DNA from: an uncultured Armatimonadetes bacterium
GTDB taxonomy: Bacteria; Armatimonadota; Hebobacteria; Hebobacterales; Hebobacteraceae
Reading direction: 5' to 3'
DNA: 64,000 nt
Assembly (NCBI GenBank): GCA_963716175.1
Contig: OY970296.1
Coordinates: 1,344,001 to 1,408,000 of the forward strand
Part shown: piece after piece, positions 1-10,428 of the stretch
Layout of the letters: each line of letters opens with the position of its first letter
Numbering within the stretch: position 1 is the first letter of the stretch
Made by a program: the position numbers and the translations under genes
Notes under the pieces: model-generated
Databases searched by the model: none
The model's input: only the letters and a program-made list of their open reading frames with translations
What the model was told of the DNA's origin: nothing

Positions 1-5
1 TGGCC

Positions 6-1382
6 GTGAGCTGTGCGGCGTTGCTCTCACAGGGCAACCGCGATCACGCAAGCAGCGGCAGTTCTCGGATTCGCACCGCGGTGGAGGTGGAAGAGGAGGT
101 CTATACTGTCGAGGTGGCCAACAACGGTGCGGGGCCGATGTGGTCCTATGGCTCGAGCTGCATTGCCCGCGTGGGAGAGCGGATCTTCATCAGTGGGCTG
201 CAAACACTGGCTGACGTGCGGCCGGTGAACAACGTGCGCTGGCTGCTTCTCACGCGTCAGACCCAGGGCTGGGAGGTGGCGGCGAAGGGGAAGGGGCGCA
301 CGCGGGAGCCGTGCCCGCTGGCCTGCTTTCCGGATGGCACGCTCTTCCTATCCGATAACCCCACGCTGACCGGCCCGGAGGCGGAGCGCGGCCCGGCCAA
401 GCCGGAGATCCATGTGTTTTCCGCGCAGCATACCGAAGCCCCCTGGCAGACGCTACTGCCCGTGTGGCAAGGCGAGCCGCCCTTCTCCGAGCACTCCTAC
501 CGGAGCTTCGCCGCGGACGCCAAGAACAGAGAGCTGATCCTGTTTCAGAACATCGGGTACACCCATGCGGAGTGGAGCTTCCGCGACCGGGACGGCAAGT
601 GGTCGGTGCAGGGCAAGCTGAAGTGGCCCTGGGGCGCCGAGTATCCGGAGCCACAGCCCATTCGCGTGTGCTATCCGGCGGTGGCGCTGAAGGACCGGGC
701 GGTGTACTTCTGCGGAGTGAGCGACATTGAGGAGCCATATCCGGAGTGGCGCCAGTACAAGCAGGAGCTGACCGGCCGGGAGTGGGACTACGATTTCCGC
801 CGGTTGTTCTTCACCTGGAGCGATGACATCACCACCGGGAAGTTCCACGACTGGGTAGAGGTGTCGAGCCGCGATCGGACCTGCGGCTGGATCACGCCCT
901 GCGACCTGTGGGTGGGGCCCGACGGTGCGGTCCACTTGCTGTGGACGGAGCGGGCGCTGGATGAGCGGCTCCGGGAGAAGCTCTTCCCGGGGGAGAAGCA
1001 GAGCTACGCGCTGATGTACGCGGTAGTGCGTGACGGGACAGTGGTGCTGAAGCAGCCGCTGCTGCTGGGCGGCGAGGGGATCTCTGGTGAGCGCCCGGGA
1101 GACGGGCGGTTTCAGGTGACGCCGGAGGGGCGCGTGTTTGTCTTCTACTACCTGGGGGGAGAGAACGCCCAGGGCCAGCCCATATCCGAGAACCGCGTGC
1201 TCGAGATCCACCCCGATGGCAGCCAGAGCGAGTCGGCGGTGGTGAGCCTGAAGCAGCCCTTCCGGAAGTTCTATACCGCGAGCTGGCGCGCGGGTTCGCC
1301 GCTGTCGCGGGTGTTGGATATCTACGGCACCGGTGCGGGCAAGAGTGAGGCCTTGAGGTACGCGCGGGTGCGGATCGAATGA
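6..1382 (+). CDS. Hypothetical exported protein, possibly beta-propeller/sialidase-like; true start may lie upstream of the window
   Basis: 458-aa ORF with host-like codon usage, W/G/D-rich beta-strand character; followed by a hairpin. Confidence 0.6.
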   Translation: MSCAALLSQGNRDHASSGSSRIRTAVEVEEEVYTVEVANNGAGPMWSYGSSCIARVGERIFISGLQTLADVRPVNNVRWLLLTRQTQGWEVAAKGKGRTREPCPLACFPDGTLFLSDNPTLTGPEAERGPAKPEIHVFSAQHTEAPWQTLLPVWQGEPPFSEHSYRSFAADAKNRELILFQNIGYTHAEWSFRDRDGKWSVQGKLKWPWGAEYPEPQPIRVCYPAVALKDRAVYFCGVSDIEEPYPEWRQYKQELTGREWDYDFRRLFFTWSDDITTGKFHDWVEVSSRDRTCGWITPCDLWVGPDGAVHLLWTERALDERLREKLFPGEKQSYALMYAVVRDGTVVLKQPLLLGGEGISGERPGDGRFQVTPEGRVFVFYYLGGENAQGQPISENRVLEIHPDGSQSESAVVSLKQPFRKFYTASWRAGSPLSRVLDIYGTGAGKSEALRYARVRIE

Positions 1383-1412
1383 GCGGGAGCTGGGCCTCGG
1401 CCCAGCTCCCGC
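1383..1412. terminator. GC-rich hairpin between convergent genes
   Basis: gcgggagctgggcc-tc-ggcccagctcccgc. Confidence 0.5.
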
Positions 1413-1438
1413 GTGCACTTGCGACTCGCGGTTTGGCG

Positions 1439-3463
1439 CTACATGGGCAGTTCGAACGCCCTCGCCACGTACACCGCCATCTGGTCGCGAGTCACCTCCC
1501 GCGCGGGCTGATAGGTGCCGTCGTCATAGCCCTTCACCACGCCGTTATCCAGGCAGGCCTTGATCGCCACGCCCGACCAGAAGCCGGCCGGCACATCCGG
1601 GAAGAGCTGGGCGGCGGTGTCGAGGGCGTCAGTGAGCTTGACCCATCCCTTCGCGCGGGCGATGAACACGGCCATCTGGCCGCGGTCCACGGGATCGGCG
1701 GGGCTGTAGATGGTATCGGTGTAGCCTTTCACCACGTTGCTGCTGACTGCGTACTCCACATACCTGAACGCCCAGTGATCGGTCGCCACATCGGAGAACG
1801 TCGCGGTGGCTGGGCCCGTGGGCACGTTCGCATCCCCTTTCGCCAGCGCGCGGGAGATGTACACCGCCATCTGATCCCGAGTTACGGGGTCGGTCGGCTT
1901 GTAGGTGCCGTCAGCGTAGCCCTTGACGATGCCTGCCGCACAGATGGCCTCGATCTCCCAGAGCGCCCAGTAGGGATCGGACGTCGAGGAGATGACATCC
2001 GAGAAATCGCTCGCGGGCAGCGACCACATGAGGCCCAGGTCTCCGAGCCATGGGTAGCTGTCTATCTGTGCGGTGACCACGTTGTTCGCCGGGTCAACCG
2101 TGGATGGCTTGCTGAAGTAACTGCGTGCCTCCGGGTCGTAGACGAACAGCGAAAGGTGAGCTTCCGCGGCCGCGGGGATTTCGGTGTCGTCATAGGTCAT
2201 CGCCACGGTGATGGGACCGCTGACCTGCGCGGTGGTCTGCACATGGAAGAACGGCTCGACCGCCACTTGGTCTGGCCCCAGCGCCGCCGGGAACGCCTCC
2301 TCCCGGATGATGCTGGTCCAGCCCTCCTTGTCCACCTCTGAGAAGGTGACGCTGGTGTTGTCCACTGTCACCGCGGGGTGCGTCGAGGTGGTGTTCGGGC
2401 CCGCCCAACTAAGCCAGTTATCCCAATTCTCATCATAGGTGAGGCGGGTGAGCTGCCCGGTGTTAAGGTCATAGAGCCACACCTCGCGCTGGTACCAGCA
2501 CATGGGGCCACTCGGATCGAACGGCAGGGCAGCGACGAAAGCGATCTGGTCGCCCAGCGGGGACCATTGCGGTCTCTGGGGGCCGACCATGTTCCGGATA
2601 TCCGAGAGCCAGGGATGGTCGGCGGGCTGGAAGTTGTACTTGGCGATGTGGGCTTCGATATCGGAGTCCTTTAGGAACTGCTGCACAAGCACCTGCGGAT
2701 GGCTGCCATCCGCGTTGGCCAGAACGAGCTGCCGCCAGACGCCGGACTCGCCGGAAACCGTATCAGACTGCTGCGTGGAATAGAGCAGCGCTGAGCCATC
2801 GCGCGACCACCTTGCATCCTGGTGGTCGGGGCCCGGGAGGATGCTGACATTGGCGCCAGTGACGTCCGCGGCTACACAACCCCCGCTCCCGTCGTCGCAC
2901 AAGAGGCGGGATCCGTCTGGCGCCCAGCTCGGGAACCAGGTGGTGTAGGTCGCCTGGGGCATCCACTGGCGGAGGTTGGTGCCGTCGGCCGCCATCAGCC
3001 ACACCTGGAAGCCCGCTTCGCACGTGACCTGCCCCACAGCAGGGGCGGCATGCTGGAAGGCGATAGTGCGGCCGTCCGGCGACCAGGCCGCGATGCAGTT
3101 GACCCCGCCCAAGCCAGCCGGGCCTGTGAGGTTGACAGCGCCGGTCCCGTCCAGATTCGCCACCCAGATTTCGCCCGTATTGGCGTGGAACAGGTCGCTC
3201 GTGGTGCGGACGTCGTAAGCCACCTTCGTCGTGTCAGGCAGGCTCTCGCCATTGCCGAAGACGGTCTGAGGCGTCACCACCGCGTCCGAGGCGCCATCCA
3301 TGATGTACCCGAGGGGAGCGCCGCTCTGATCCCAGCCCGAGACGAGCAGCTTCCCCTCGATCGGCACCCCCGCGGCGCGCGCGGGCGAAGGCATCGAGAC
3401 CACGAAGGTGAGCCAGACGAATACCATCACGGCAGCGATTCGCCAGAGACTGCGAGCAGCCAT
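1439..3463 (-). CDS. Secreted TolB/PD40 beta-propeller protein with C-terminal S-layer homology (SLH) domains
   Basis: Signal peptide; repeated WSPDG/WAPDG motifs; three SLH repeats (GIVKGYADGTYKP..VTRDQMA). Confidence 0.85.
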   Translation of the reverse strand: MAARSLWRIAAVMVFVWLTFVVSMPSPARAAGVPIEGKLLVSGWDQSGAPLGYIMDGASDAVVTPQTVFGNGESLPDTTKVAYDVRTTSDLFHANTGEIWVANLDGTGAVNLTGPAGLGGVNCIAAWSPDGRTIAFQHAAPAVGQVTCEAGFQVWLMAADGTNLRQWMPQATYTTWFPSWAPDGSRLLCDDGSGGCVAADVTGANVSILPGPDHQDARWSRDGSALLYSTQQSDTVSGESGVWRQLVLANADGSHPQVLVQQFLKDSDIEAHIAKYNFQPADHPWLSDIRNMVGPQRPQWSPLGDQIAFVAALPFDPSGPMCWYQREVWLYDLNTGQLTRLTYDENWDNWLSWAGPNTTSTHPAVTVDNTSVTFSEVDKEGWTSIIREEAFPAALGPDQVAVEPFFHVQTTAQVSGPITVAMTYDDTEIPAAAEAHLSLFVYDPEARSYFSKPSTVDPANNVVTAQIDSYPWLGDLGLMWSLPASDFSDVISSTSDPYWALWEIEAICAAGIVKGYADGTYKPTDPVTRDQMAVYISRALAKGDANVPTGPATATFSDVATDHWAFRYVEYAVSSNVVKGYTDTIYSPADPVDRGQMAVFIARAKGWVKLTDALDTAAQLFPDVPAGFWSGVAIKACLDNGVVKGYDDGTYQPAREVTRDQMAVYVARAFELPM

Positions 3464-3546
3464 CGCACACCCCCTCTGCGCCTCGGCGCAAGTCCGAACA
3501 TGTGACCCGCAAGGGCCCGCCGACTCCGTCCAGTATAGACCGTGGG

Positions 3547-3578
3547 CGGCGGGTATCGGCCGGAGGCCGTTACCCGCC
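3547..3578. terminator. Hairpin downstream of the second SLH gene
   Basis: ggcgggta-tcggcc-gga-ggccgt-tacccgcc just past the reconstructed stop at 3585. Confidence 0.45.
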
Positions 3579-3584
3579 CTCCAG

Positions 3585-5595
3585 TCACATCAGCAGGTCG
3601 AACGCCCGCGCGACGTAGACTGCCATCTGGTCCCGGGTGACCTCGCGCCCGGGCTGGTAGGTGCCGTCGTCATAGCCCTTCACCACGCCGTTATCCAGGC
3701 AGGCCTTGATCGCCACGCCCGACCAGAAGCCGGCCGGCACATCCGGGAAGAGCTGGGCGGCGGTGTCGAGGGCGTCAGTGAGCTTGACCCATCCCTTCGC
3801 GGGCGATGAACACGGCCATCTGGCCGCGGTCCACGGGATCGGCGGGGCTGTAGATGGTATCGGTGTAGCCCTTCACGACCTTCTGGTCCACGGCGTACTG
3901 GACGTACTTCAGCGCCCAGTTCCCGGCTGGCACGTCCGTGAAGGTCGGCGTGCCGGTGAAGTCCGGCACGTTGCCGTCGCCGCCCGCCAGCGCGCGGGCA
4001 ATGTAGGTTGCCATCTGGTCTCTGGTCACTTGTCCTGCTGGAGCATAGGTGCCGTCGGTGTAGCCGGCGACGATGCCGGCGGCGTAGGCGGCTTCGATCT
4101 CCCACAAGGCCCAGTAGGGATCGGCCGGGTCGGAGGACACGTCGGAGAAGTGGCTCGCCGGCAGCGGCCAGGAGAGGCCCATGGTGCCGAGGGCGGCCGG
4201 CTGGCCGGAGATCACATTGTTCGCGACGTCGCGGGTGACGGCCAAGTTCGTCCACTGGTCTGCCGCATCGTCGTAGCAGAGGAGCGCGAGATGACCCTGG
4301 GCAGTCGCCGGGACGTCCGCGTCCTGGTAGGTCATGGACACGGAGATGGGACCGGCAACCTGAGCTGTGGTGTGTATCTGGTAGAACGGCGCGGCTGCCA
4401 ATTGGGGGGCCGGCAGTGCCGGCGGGCTGTCGTCCAAGATGATGGTGGTGAGGCCCGGCTCAGTCACTTCCGAGAAGGCAACGGTCGTGTTGTCCACCGT
4501 AACCTGGGGGCTGTCCGGGTAGGTGTTCTCTCCCTGCCAGCTCAGCCAGGTATCGAACTTCAGGTCGTTCGTGATCCTGGTGAGATCGCCGTCGGAGAGC
4601 GTGTAGATCCACACCTCGACCTGCTGCCGGTAGTCAGGCCCGTCCGGGTCGAACGGCAGCGCGGCCAAGAACGCGATGCGGTTGCCCTTGGGGGACCACT
4701 GCGGGAAGAGCGGCCCCGCCCACCACTCCAGGTCGGCCGCCCAGTCTCGCTCCGACGTGTCAAGCCCGAGTCGCGCCACCATCGCCTGGGCGTCCGAGTG
4801 GTTGACGAACTGACGCACCAGTGTCTGTGGGTTGTCGCCGTTGATGTCGGCGACGCGTAGCTCTCGCCAGACGCCTGGCTCGCCGTTCACGGTGTCCTCT
4901 TCAGCCCAGGTGCCGGCAACGTGGCGCGCATCGGGCGAAATGTCCGCCCCCTCCCCTCTCACATTTGGGAGGGTCTGGACGTTGCTGCCATCCAGGTCTA
5001 TGAGCACTGCATTCGACTGCCCATAGACGGCGCAGATCAGACTGTGCCCGTCGGCCGACCAGCCCCCTACTTTGGGCGAAGCCATCCCCACTGGACTCAC
5101 GCGACGCGCGTTGCTGCCGTCGGCATTCATCACCCAGACCTCGAACCCCGTGTCACAGGGCTGCTGTCCCGGGACCGGGTCAACGTGGCGGAAGGCGATC
5201 TGACTGGCGTCGGGTGACCAGGACGGGAAGCAGTTGATGCCGGAGAGGCCGGCCACCTGGCTCAGGTTGGTTTGGGTGGAGCCATCGAGAGAGGAGAGCC
5301 AGATATCGCCGGACGTGGTCCACGGATCACCCGCTGTTAGCTGGTGGGCGAGCGCGTCTCCGAGCGGGGAGACATCCGCATGCTCGATCTCCGCGGGCCA
5401 GGCCGTGACCTGATCCGAACTCCCCTGCAGGTAGTAGGCATACGCGCTGATCTGCAACTCATAGCCCGATACCCACAGCTTCCCCTCGATAGGCACCGGG
5501 GCAGTGCCGGCCATCGCCGCCGACGCCCAGATGCAGCAGGCCACCACGATACACATCATCAGCATCGCGCGCATATCCCCCTCCGTTCTGCACAT
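3585..5595 (-). pseudogene. Paralogous TolB/SLH protein, frameshifted at about 3799
   Basis: ORF 3775-5595 ends MAVFIAREGMGQAH; the paralogue has cccttcgcgcgggc where this copy has cccttcgcgggc (2-bp loss); the third SLH continues in another frame to TGA at 3585. Confidence 0.75.
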
Positions 5596-5645
5596 GCTTC
5601 CCCCGCGGCCCGGGGGGCGCCAGCCTGTGTCAGGCCGACCCGCCC

Positions 5646-5654
5646 ATTATACCA
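5646..5654 (-). promoter_or_regulatory. Extended -10 promoter for the SLH genes
   Basis: TGGTATAAT on the minus strand about 50 nt upstream of the start. Confidence 0.5.
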
Positions 5655-5799
5655 CTCGGCGCGGACGGAAGAGCGCACAATCGCAAGGTTTCTGGCTGCT
5701 AAGTGACGGTGGCAAGCCCCTGCCCGACCCGTGACAGCATCCGACCGCTGCGCGCCATACAGAGGCGGGGCAGCTACTGCTGGGCGCGCGCGGCTGGCC

Positions 5800-5828
5800 T
5801 TGCGGGAGGTGGGGTGGTGTGCTATACT
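5800..5828 (+). promoter_or_regulatory. Sigma70-type promoter for the rpmH operon
   Basis: TTGCGG-17-TATACT with TG extension. Confidence 0.55.
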
Positions 5829-6095
5829 CAGCCAGTCACGGCCCCGGCCCGTTTGGGCCGGGTGTCTTTCACTTAGAGTCTCTAACAGAACCGGCAACAA
5901 TATCCACAGATGACGCAGATTACTCAGATTGATCTTGCGTCAATCTGCCGAATCTGCGGACTCATCTGTAGTTCCGTCAGAAGCTCTTAGAGGCCGCGAG
6001 CCGGCGGGCGTGTGAATGGCTAGGCCCTTCGGGCCGCCATGGCGGTCCGAGCAGTCGAACCTAGCCACGCCCGCCCTACAGATTGGGAGGGTGGA

Positions 6096-6242
6096 GTGAA
6101 ACGAACCTATCAACCACACCGGCGGCGGCGGCTGCGTACCCACGGATTCCGGGCACGTATGGCCACGCCGGGGGGCCGGAACATGCTGCGGCGGCGGCGG
6201 GCGAAGGGCCGCGCGCGGCTGGCGTCGGGGCCCTCCAGATAG
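6096..6242 (+). CDS. rpmH: 50S ribosomal protein L34
   Basis: [24 protein letters not shown]; GGAGG RBS; GTG start. Confidence 0.95.
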   Translation: MKRTYQPHRRRRLRTHGFRARMATPGGRNMLRRRRAKGRARLASGPSR

Positions 6243-6251
6243 GGAGGGCGC

Positions 6252-6614
6252 GTGGAGCGTCTCCGCCGGAAAAACGACCTGGACAGGGTGTTCCGCGAGG
6301 GCCGGCGGTTCTCTTGTCCCTGGGCTGTGCTGCAGGCGCGCGGGCGGACCGCCGAGGAGCAGCAGGCCGCGGGGCTGCGGGTGGCGGTGGTGGCGGCCCG
6401 CGGGTTCCCCACCGCGGTGGCGCGGAACCGAGCGCGGCGCCTGCTGCGGGAGAGCTGCCGCGTGGCGCTAGGGGAGGCGGAGGGCCGGTGGGACTTGGTG
6501 CTGGTTGCCCGACGAGAAGTGCTGAGCGTTCCCTTCGCGGCTCGGGTGGAAGCGTTGTCGGCCCTGCTGAGGGAGGCAGGTGTGCTTGGGGAGAAGGCAG
6601 CGGCGGCGGTATGA
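6252..6614 (+). CDS. rnpA: Ribonuclease P protein component
   Basis: AVARNRARR (RNR motif); synteny with rpmH. Confidence 0.9.
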   Translation: MERLRRKNDLDRVFREGRRFSCPWAVLQARGRTAEEQQAAGLRVAVVAARGFPTAVARNRARRLLRESCRVALGEAEGRWDLVLVARREVLSVPFAARVEALSALLREAGVLGEKAAAAV

Positions 6615-6985
6615 AGACCTCGGCGAGCGTCACCGGTGGTCTGGGGCGCGCCGCCCGCGCGGGCATTGCCCTGGTGCGGAGCTATCAGCAGTGGATGAGC
6701 CACCTGAAGCCGCGGACCTGCCGCTATTACCCATCGTGTTCCCAGTACGCGGTGCGCGCCATCGCGGCGCGAGGCCTGATCCGGGGTGGCCTGCTGGCGG
6801 CCTGGCGCGTGCTGCGGTGCAACCCCTTCTCGGCCGGGGGATATGATCCGGGGCCGTGGGAGGCAGAGGAATCGGGCGGCGGGCATGCAGAGATGGCTAG
6901 GTCGCCTGCCGCGACCGCCGTGCCGGCCGAAGGCCTAGCCACATGCCGGCCCGACAGGGCCCGAGTGGGAGAGGGCGGCAGATGA
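6611..6985 (+). CDS. yidD: Membrane protein insertion efficiency factor
   Basis: CRYYPSCSQY...RVLRCNPFSAGGYDP; ATGA overlap with rnpA. Confidence 0.9.
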   Translation: MKTSASVTGGLGRAARAGIALVRSYQQWMSHLKPRTCRYYPSCSQYAVRAIAARGLIRGGLLAAWRVLRCNPFSAGGYDPGPWEAEESGGGHAEMARSPAATAVPAEGLATCRPDRARVGEGGR

Positions 6986-8385
6986 AGAGGCGCTGGCCGC
7001 TGGCGCTGCTGCTGATCCTGTTGCCCCTGCTGACGGGATGCTTCGGGGCCGGGGGCATGCCAGTGCCCATAGACCAGCTCCGAGACCTGCAGACCAAGTT
7101 CGAAGAGTTGGATCACGCCAGCCGGAAGGAAGTTGACAGCCAGCTGGCGACGCTTCAGCAGCAAGTGGCGCAGGTGGCGCAGAGCAAAGACCGCGCGGTG
7201 CGGGAGCAGGCGGGGAGGGAGCGGTTGCTGGCGGCCTATTGCTGGGAGCGGCGGGGCGACTTCTCCGATGCGGAGCGCAACTACGCCGAGGCCGGTAAGG
7301 GTCCGTATGCCGTGGTGGCGCTCTTCCGACTGGCGCAGGTGGCCGAATACCAGAAGGCCCAGGCCGAGGCGGAAGCGCAGAGCCCGAACCTGGAGGAGAC
7401 GCGCCGCAGAGAAGCGGCCGAGATCGCGAAGCTGGAAGGGAAAAAAGAGGTCCGAGCCCTGGAGCGAGTGGCCAACTTCCCCGTGGGCAGTGAGGTGCTG
7501 CTGCGAGAGCCGCTGGTGGCCTCGCTCCCGCTGCAGGCCTGGCATCTGGGGGCCGTCAGGCATGAGGCCTATGACAGGTTGGACGGTTACTACCGCACTC
7601 GCACCTCCTACCAGGTGATGGCCTTTCTGGTCAGGCTGTGCGGCGGCACGCAGCAGGTGGGCCAGCCAAAGAAGAGCTACCCCTACATTCTGGCGATCGT
7701 GCTGATCGCAGTGCTGGCGAAGTTGGTCACCACCCCGCTGACCGCGGCGCAGTTCAAGTCCATGCGCGCCATGCAGGCGATGCAGCCCGAGCTCAAGAAG
7801 CTGCAAGAGAAATACAAGGACGACAAGCAGCAAATGAGCCGGGCGCAGATGGAGTTGTTCAAGCAGCACAAGATCAACCCCGCCAGCTCCTGCCTGCCGA
7901 TGCTGATCCAGTTTCCCATCCTGATCTGGGTCTACTATGCCATTCGCTATTTCGTGTATCAGTTCGAGGGGGTGCACTTCCTCTATCTGCCGAGCCTGGC
8001 AGAGCCGGATGTGATCCCGGTGGGAGTGGGACCGTGGCCCGGTCCGCTGCTGGTGCTGTATGGGGTGAGCATGTACTTCTCGCAGAAGCTGCTCTCGCAG
8101 CCGACGGCCACGCCGGAGCAGCAGCAGCAGCAGAAGATGATGGCCTACATGATGCCGGTGATCCTGCTGTTCGTGCTCAAGGGGCTGCCGGCGGCCTTCA
8201 TCCTGTACTGGCTGCTCCAGAACATCCTCATGACCGGGCACCAGTGGCTGATCATGCGGCCCCAGCGGCTAGTGCAGGCGACCGCGGCCGCGGCGGCGGC
8301 AGCACCACCGCCGCTGCCACCGGAGGCGATCCAGAAGCTGTCGCAGGGAAGTCGGAGCGGCAAGAAGAAGAAAAAGCGGCGCTAG
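6982..8385 (+). CDS. yidC: Membrane protein insertase YidC with N-terminal lipobox and helical/TPR-like domain
   Basis: QPELKKLQEKYKDD, INPASSCLPMLIQFPI, LYWLLQN; LLTGC lipobox. Confidence 0.92.
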   Translation: MKRRWPLALLLILLPLLTGCFGAGGMPVPIDQLRDLQTKFEELDHASRKEVDSQLATLQQQVAQVAQSKDRAVREQAGRERLLAAYCWERRGDFSDAERNYAEAGKGPYAVVALFRLAQVAEYQKAQAEAEAQSPNLEETRRREAAEIAKLEGKKEVRALERVANFPVGSEVLLREPLVASLPLQAWHLGAVRHEAYDRLDGYYRTRTSYQVMAFLVRLCGGTQQVGQPKKSYPYILAIVLIAVLAKLVTTPLTAAQFKSMRAMQAMQPELKKLQEKYKDDKQQMSRAQMELFKQHKINPASSCLPMLIQFPILIWVYYAIRYFVYQFEGVHFLYLPSLAEPDVIPVGVGPWPGPLLVLYGVSMYFSQKLLSQPTATPEQQQQQKMMAYMMPVILLFVLKGLPAAFILYWLLQNILMTGHQWLIMRPQRLVQATAAAAAAAPPPLPPEAIQKLSQGSRSGKKKKKRR

Positions 8386-8516
8386 TGAGGGGCTGGCGCG
8401 GCAAGCGATGGGAGCACAGGGCGCGGGGTGAGGCGGACAGCAGTTCCTATGATCTCCCAACGGGGTTGACGGCGACAGGCGGCCTGGGGGATGGGGGCTA
8501 GGGAGGCGAGAGGCCG

Positions 8517-9155
8517 ATGCAATCCATCGAACAGTCTGGGCGCAATGTTGAAGAGGCGGTGCAGAGCGCGCTGAAGGCGCTGGCGGTGACGCGCGACCAG
8601 GTGGAGGTAGAGGTGCTGGCCGAGCAGAGCCGGGGGCTGCTGGGGATCCTGGGCCACACCGAAGCCAAGGTGCGGGTGACGGTGAAGGCGGGGGTGGCGC
8701 AGCGGGCGGTGCAGGTGCTGCAAGAGATCCTGGGGCACATGGGTATCGAGGCCACCCCGGAGATCACCGCGGATGACGCGGAGGCGGCCTGGATCAACCT
8801 GCGCGGGGGCGATGACCTGGGGCTGCTGATCGGAAAGCGAGGGCAGACGCTGGCCGCGCTGCAGTTGATCACGGCCATGATGGCCAACCGCGAGCAGCCT
8901 CCAGAGAACCGGAAGAAGGTGATTCTCGACGCGCAGGGCTACCGGGAGCGGCGAGAGCGGGCGCTGGAGTCCATGGCTCGCAACGCGGCCGACCGGGCGA
9001 AGCGAAGCGGCCGGGAAGTGAGGCTGGAGGCGCTCGCCCCGCGGGAGCGCCGGATCGTGCACCTCACGCTCGCCGAGGACCCGGGGGTGAGCACCCGGAG
9101 CGAAGGCGAGGACCCGGAGCGGGTGGTGATCGTCTCCCCCCGGCATACCCGGTAG
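8517..9155 (+). CDS. jag: Jag/KhpB RNA-binding protein (KH + R3H)
   Basis: GLLIGKRGQTLAALQ, ERRIVHLTL, SEGEDPER. Confidence 0.92.
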   Translation: MQSIEQSGRNVEEAVQSALKALAVTRDQVEVEVLAEQSRGLLGILGHTEAKVRVTVKAGVAQRAVQVLQEILGHMGIEATPEITADDAEAAWINLRGGDDLGLLIGKRGQTLAALQLITAMMANREQPPENRKKVILDAQGYRERRERALESMARNAADRAKRSGREVRLEALAPRERRIVHLTLAEDPGVSTRSEGEDPERVVIVSPRHTR

Positions 9156-9174
9156 CGCGGGCCGCATCCAGCCC

Positions 9175-10428
9175 ATGGACGACCCCGTCGGCGAGGCCGA
9201 GCGATGGCGGCGGGCGCTGGTCGAGGGGGCCGGGGAGCTGGGCCTGTCCGTGTCTGAGGCGGAGGGCGCGGCCTATCGCAGACACTTCGAGCTGCTCCTG
9301 CTGCACAACCCGCGCGCCGGCCTCACCACCATCACCGACCCGGTGGAGATTGCGGTCAAGCATTTCCTGGACTCCCTCACCGGACTGCTGGTGCGCGAGA
9401 TCGCGGCTGGCGCGCGAGTGGCGGAGGTGGGATTGGGGGGTGGCTTCCCGGGGGTGGTGCTGGCGGTGGCCCGGCCCGCGGCCTGCTACACCCTGATCGA
9501 GGCGAATCGCAAGCGGGCGGCCTTCCTGTCGGATCTGATCCAGACGCTCGGCCTGCCCCAGGTGTCGGTGATCGCGGCGCGGGCCGAGGAAGTGGGCCAG
9601 CGTCCGGAGCACCGGGAGAGCTATGACCTGGTGGTGAGCCGGGCGGTGGCGCCGCTCCCGGTGCTGCTCGAGTACCGCCTCCCCCTGGCGCGGGTCGGGG
9701 GAGAGGCGCTGGCCTACAAGGGCCGCGAGGTGGAGGCGGAGATCGGCGAGAGCGCGGCGGCGCTCGCGAAGCTGGGCGGCCGGATCGCGCGGCTGCGGCG
9801 GCTGTCGCTGCCCCAGGACATGGGGGAACGGGTGCTGGTATTAGTCGAGAAGTTGGCCTCCACGCCGGCCGCCTATCCGAGGCGGCCGGGCGCGGCGAGG
9901 AGGCGGCCGCTGGGCGGAAGGGAGAGGAGGCAGCCAGGCGGCCGAGGAAGCGAGGGCGCAAATGGTGACAGGGCAGGAGGCAAGCGGCTAGGTCTTGCGG
10001 ACCGCCGCCCCGGCCCGCGGAGCAGGCCTAGGGGCTCTTGCCCAGCGATCAGTGGGAGGCAATGTGATGCCAATCGAGCTGTGGGTGACGCATGCGCTGG
10101 AGAAGCTTTTCCCGGAGAGCAGGAAGCCGGAGGGGGCGGCGGAGGAGATCGTCCTCAAGGCCGGCCGCAACGAGACCGAAGACGCGCAGATCGCGCTGCA
10201 CATTCCGAGGGGAGTCGAGATCGCGGAGGCCGGCTTCAGCCTCCCGGATCTGACCGGGCCCAAGGGCCGGGCGATCCCGAAGCAGCAGCTCTCGGCCTCC
10301 TGGGTCTGGTATACCTATGTGCTCAACAACCCGCCCGCGAACAAGGAGCCATCGAGCTATCTGCGGAAGGCGCCGGCCTTCTTCCCGGACGCGTTTCTGG
10401 AAGAGAAGACCATCTTCATCCGGGATGA
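9175..10428 (+). CDS. rsmG: 16S rRNA m7G527 methyltransferase; homology ends near 9915 and the ORF reads through into the next gene
   Basis: KHFLDSL, GGGFPG, VSRAVA, YPRRPG..RRPL; no stop at the usual C-terminus. Confidence 0.8.
   Translation: MDDPVGEAERWRRALVEGAGELGLSVSEAEGAAYRRHFELLLLHNPRAGLTTITDPVEIAVKHFLDSLTGLLVREIAAGARVAEVGLGGGFPGVVLAVARPAACYTLIEANRKRAAFLSDLIQTLGLPQVSVIAARAEEVGQRPEHRESYDLVVSRAVAPLPVLLEYRLPLARVGGEALAYKGREVEAEIGESAAALAKLGGRIARLRRLSLPQDMGERVLVLVEKLASTPAAYPRRPGAARRRPLGGRERRQPGGRGSEGANGDRAGGKRLGLADRRPGPRSRPRGSCPAISGRQCDANRAVGDACAGEAFPGEQEAGGGGGGDRPQGRPQRDRRRADRAAHSEGSRDRGGRLQPPGSDRAQGPGDPEAAALGLLGLVYLCAQQPAREQGAIELSAEGAGLLPGRVSGREDHLHPG

Noticed and set aside
5900-5970. oriC / DnaA box (ATATCCACA)
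   Set aside because: A single imperfect box that is part of a cagat/atctg repeat also seen near 36497 and 49216; no box cluster or AT-rich unwinding element
9915-10428. Genuine C-terminal domain fused to RsmG
   Set aside because: Low-complexity R/G/P text overlapping the next gene out of frame; likely a lost stop or indel
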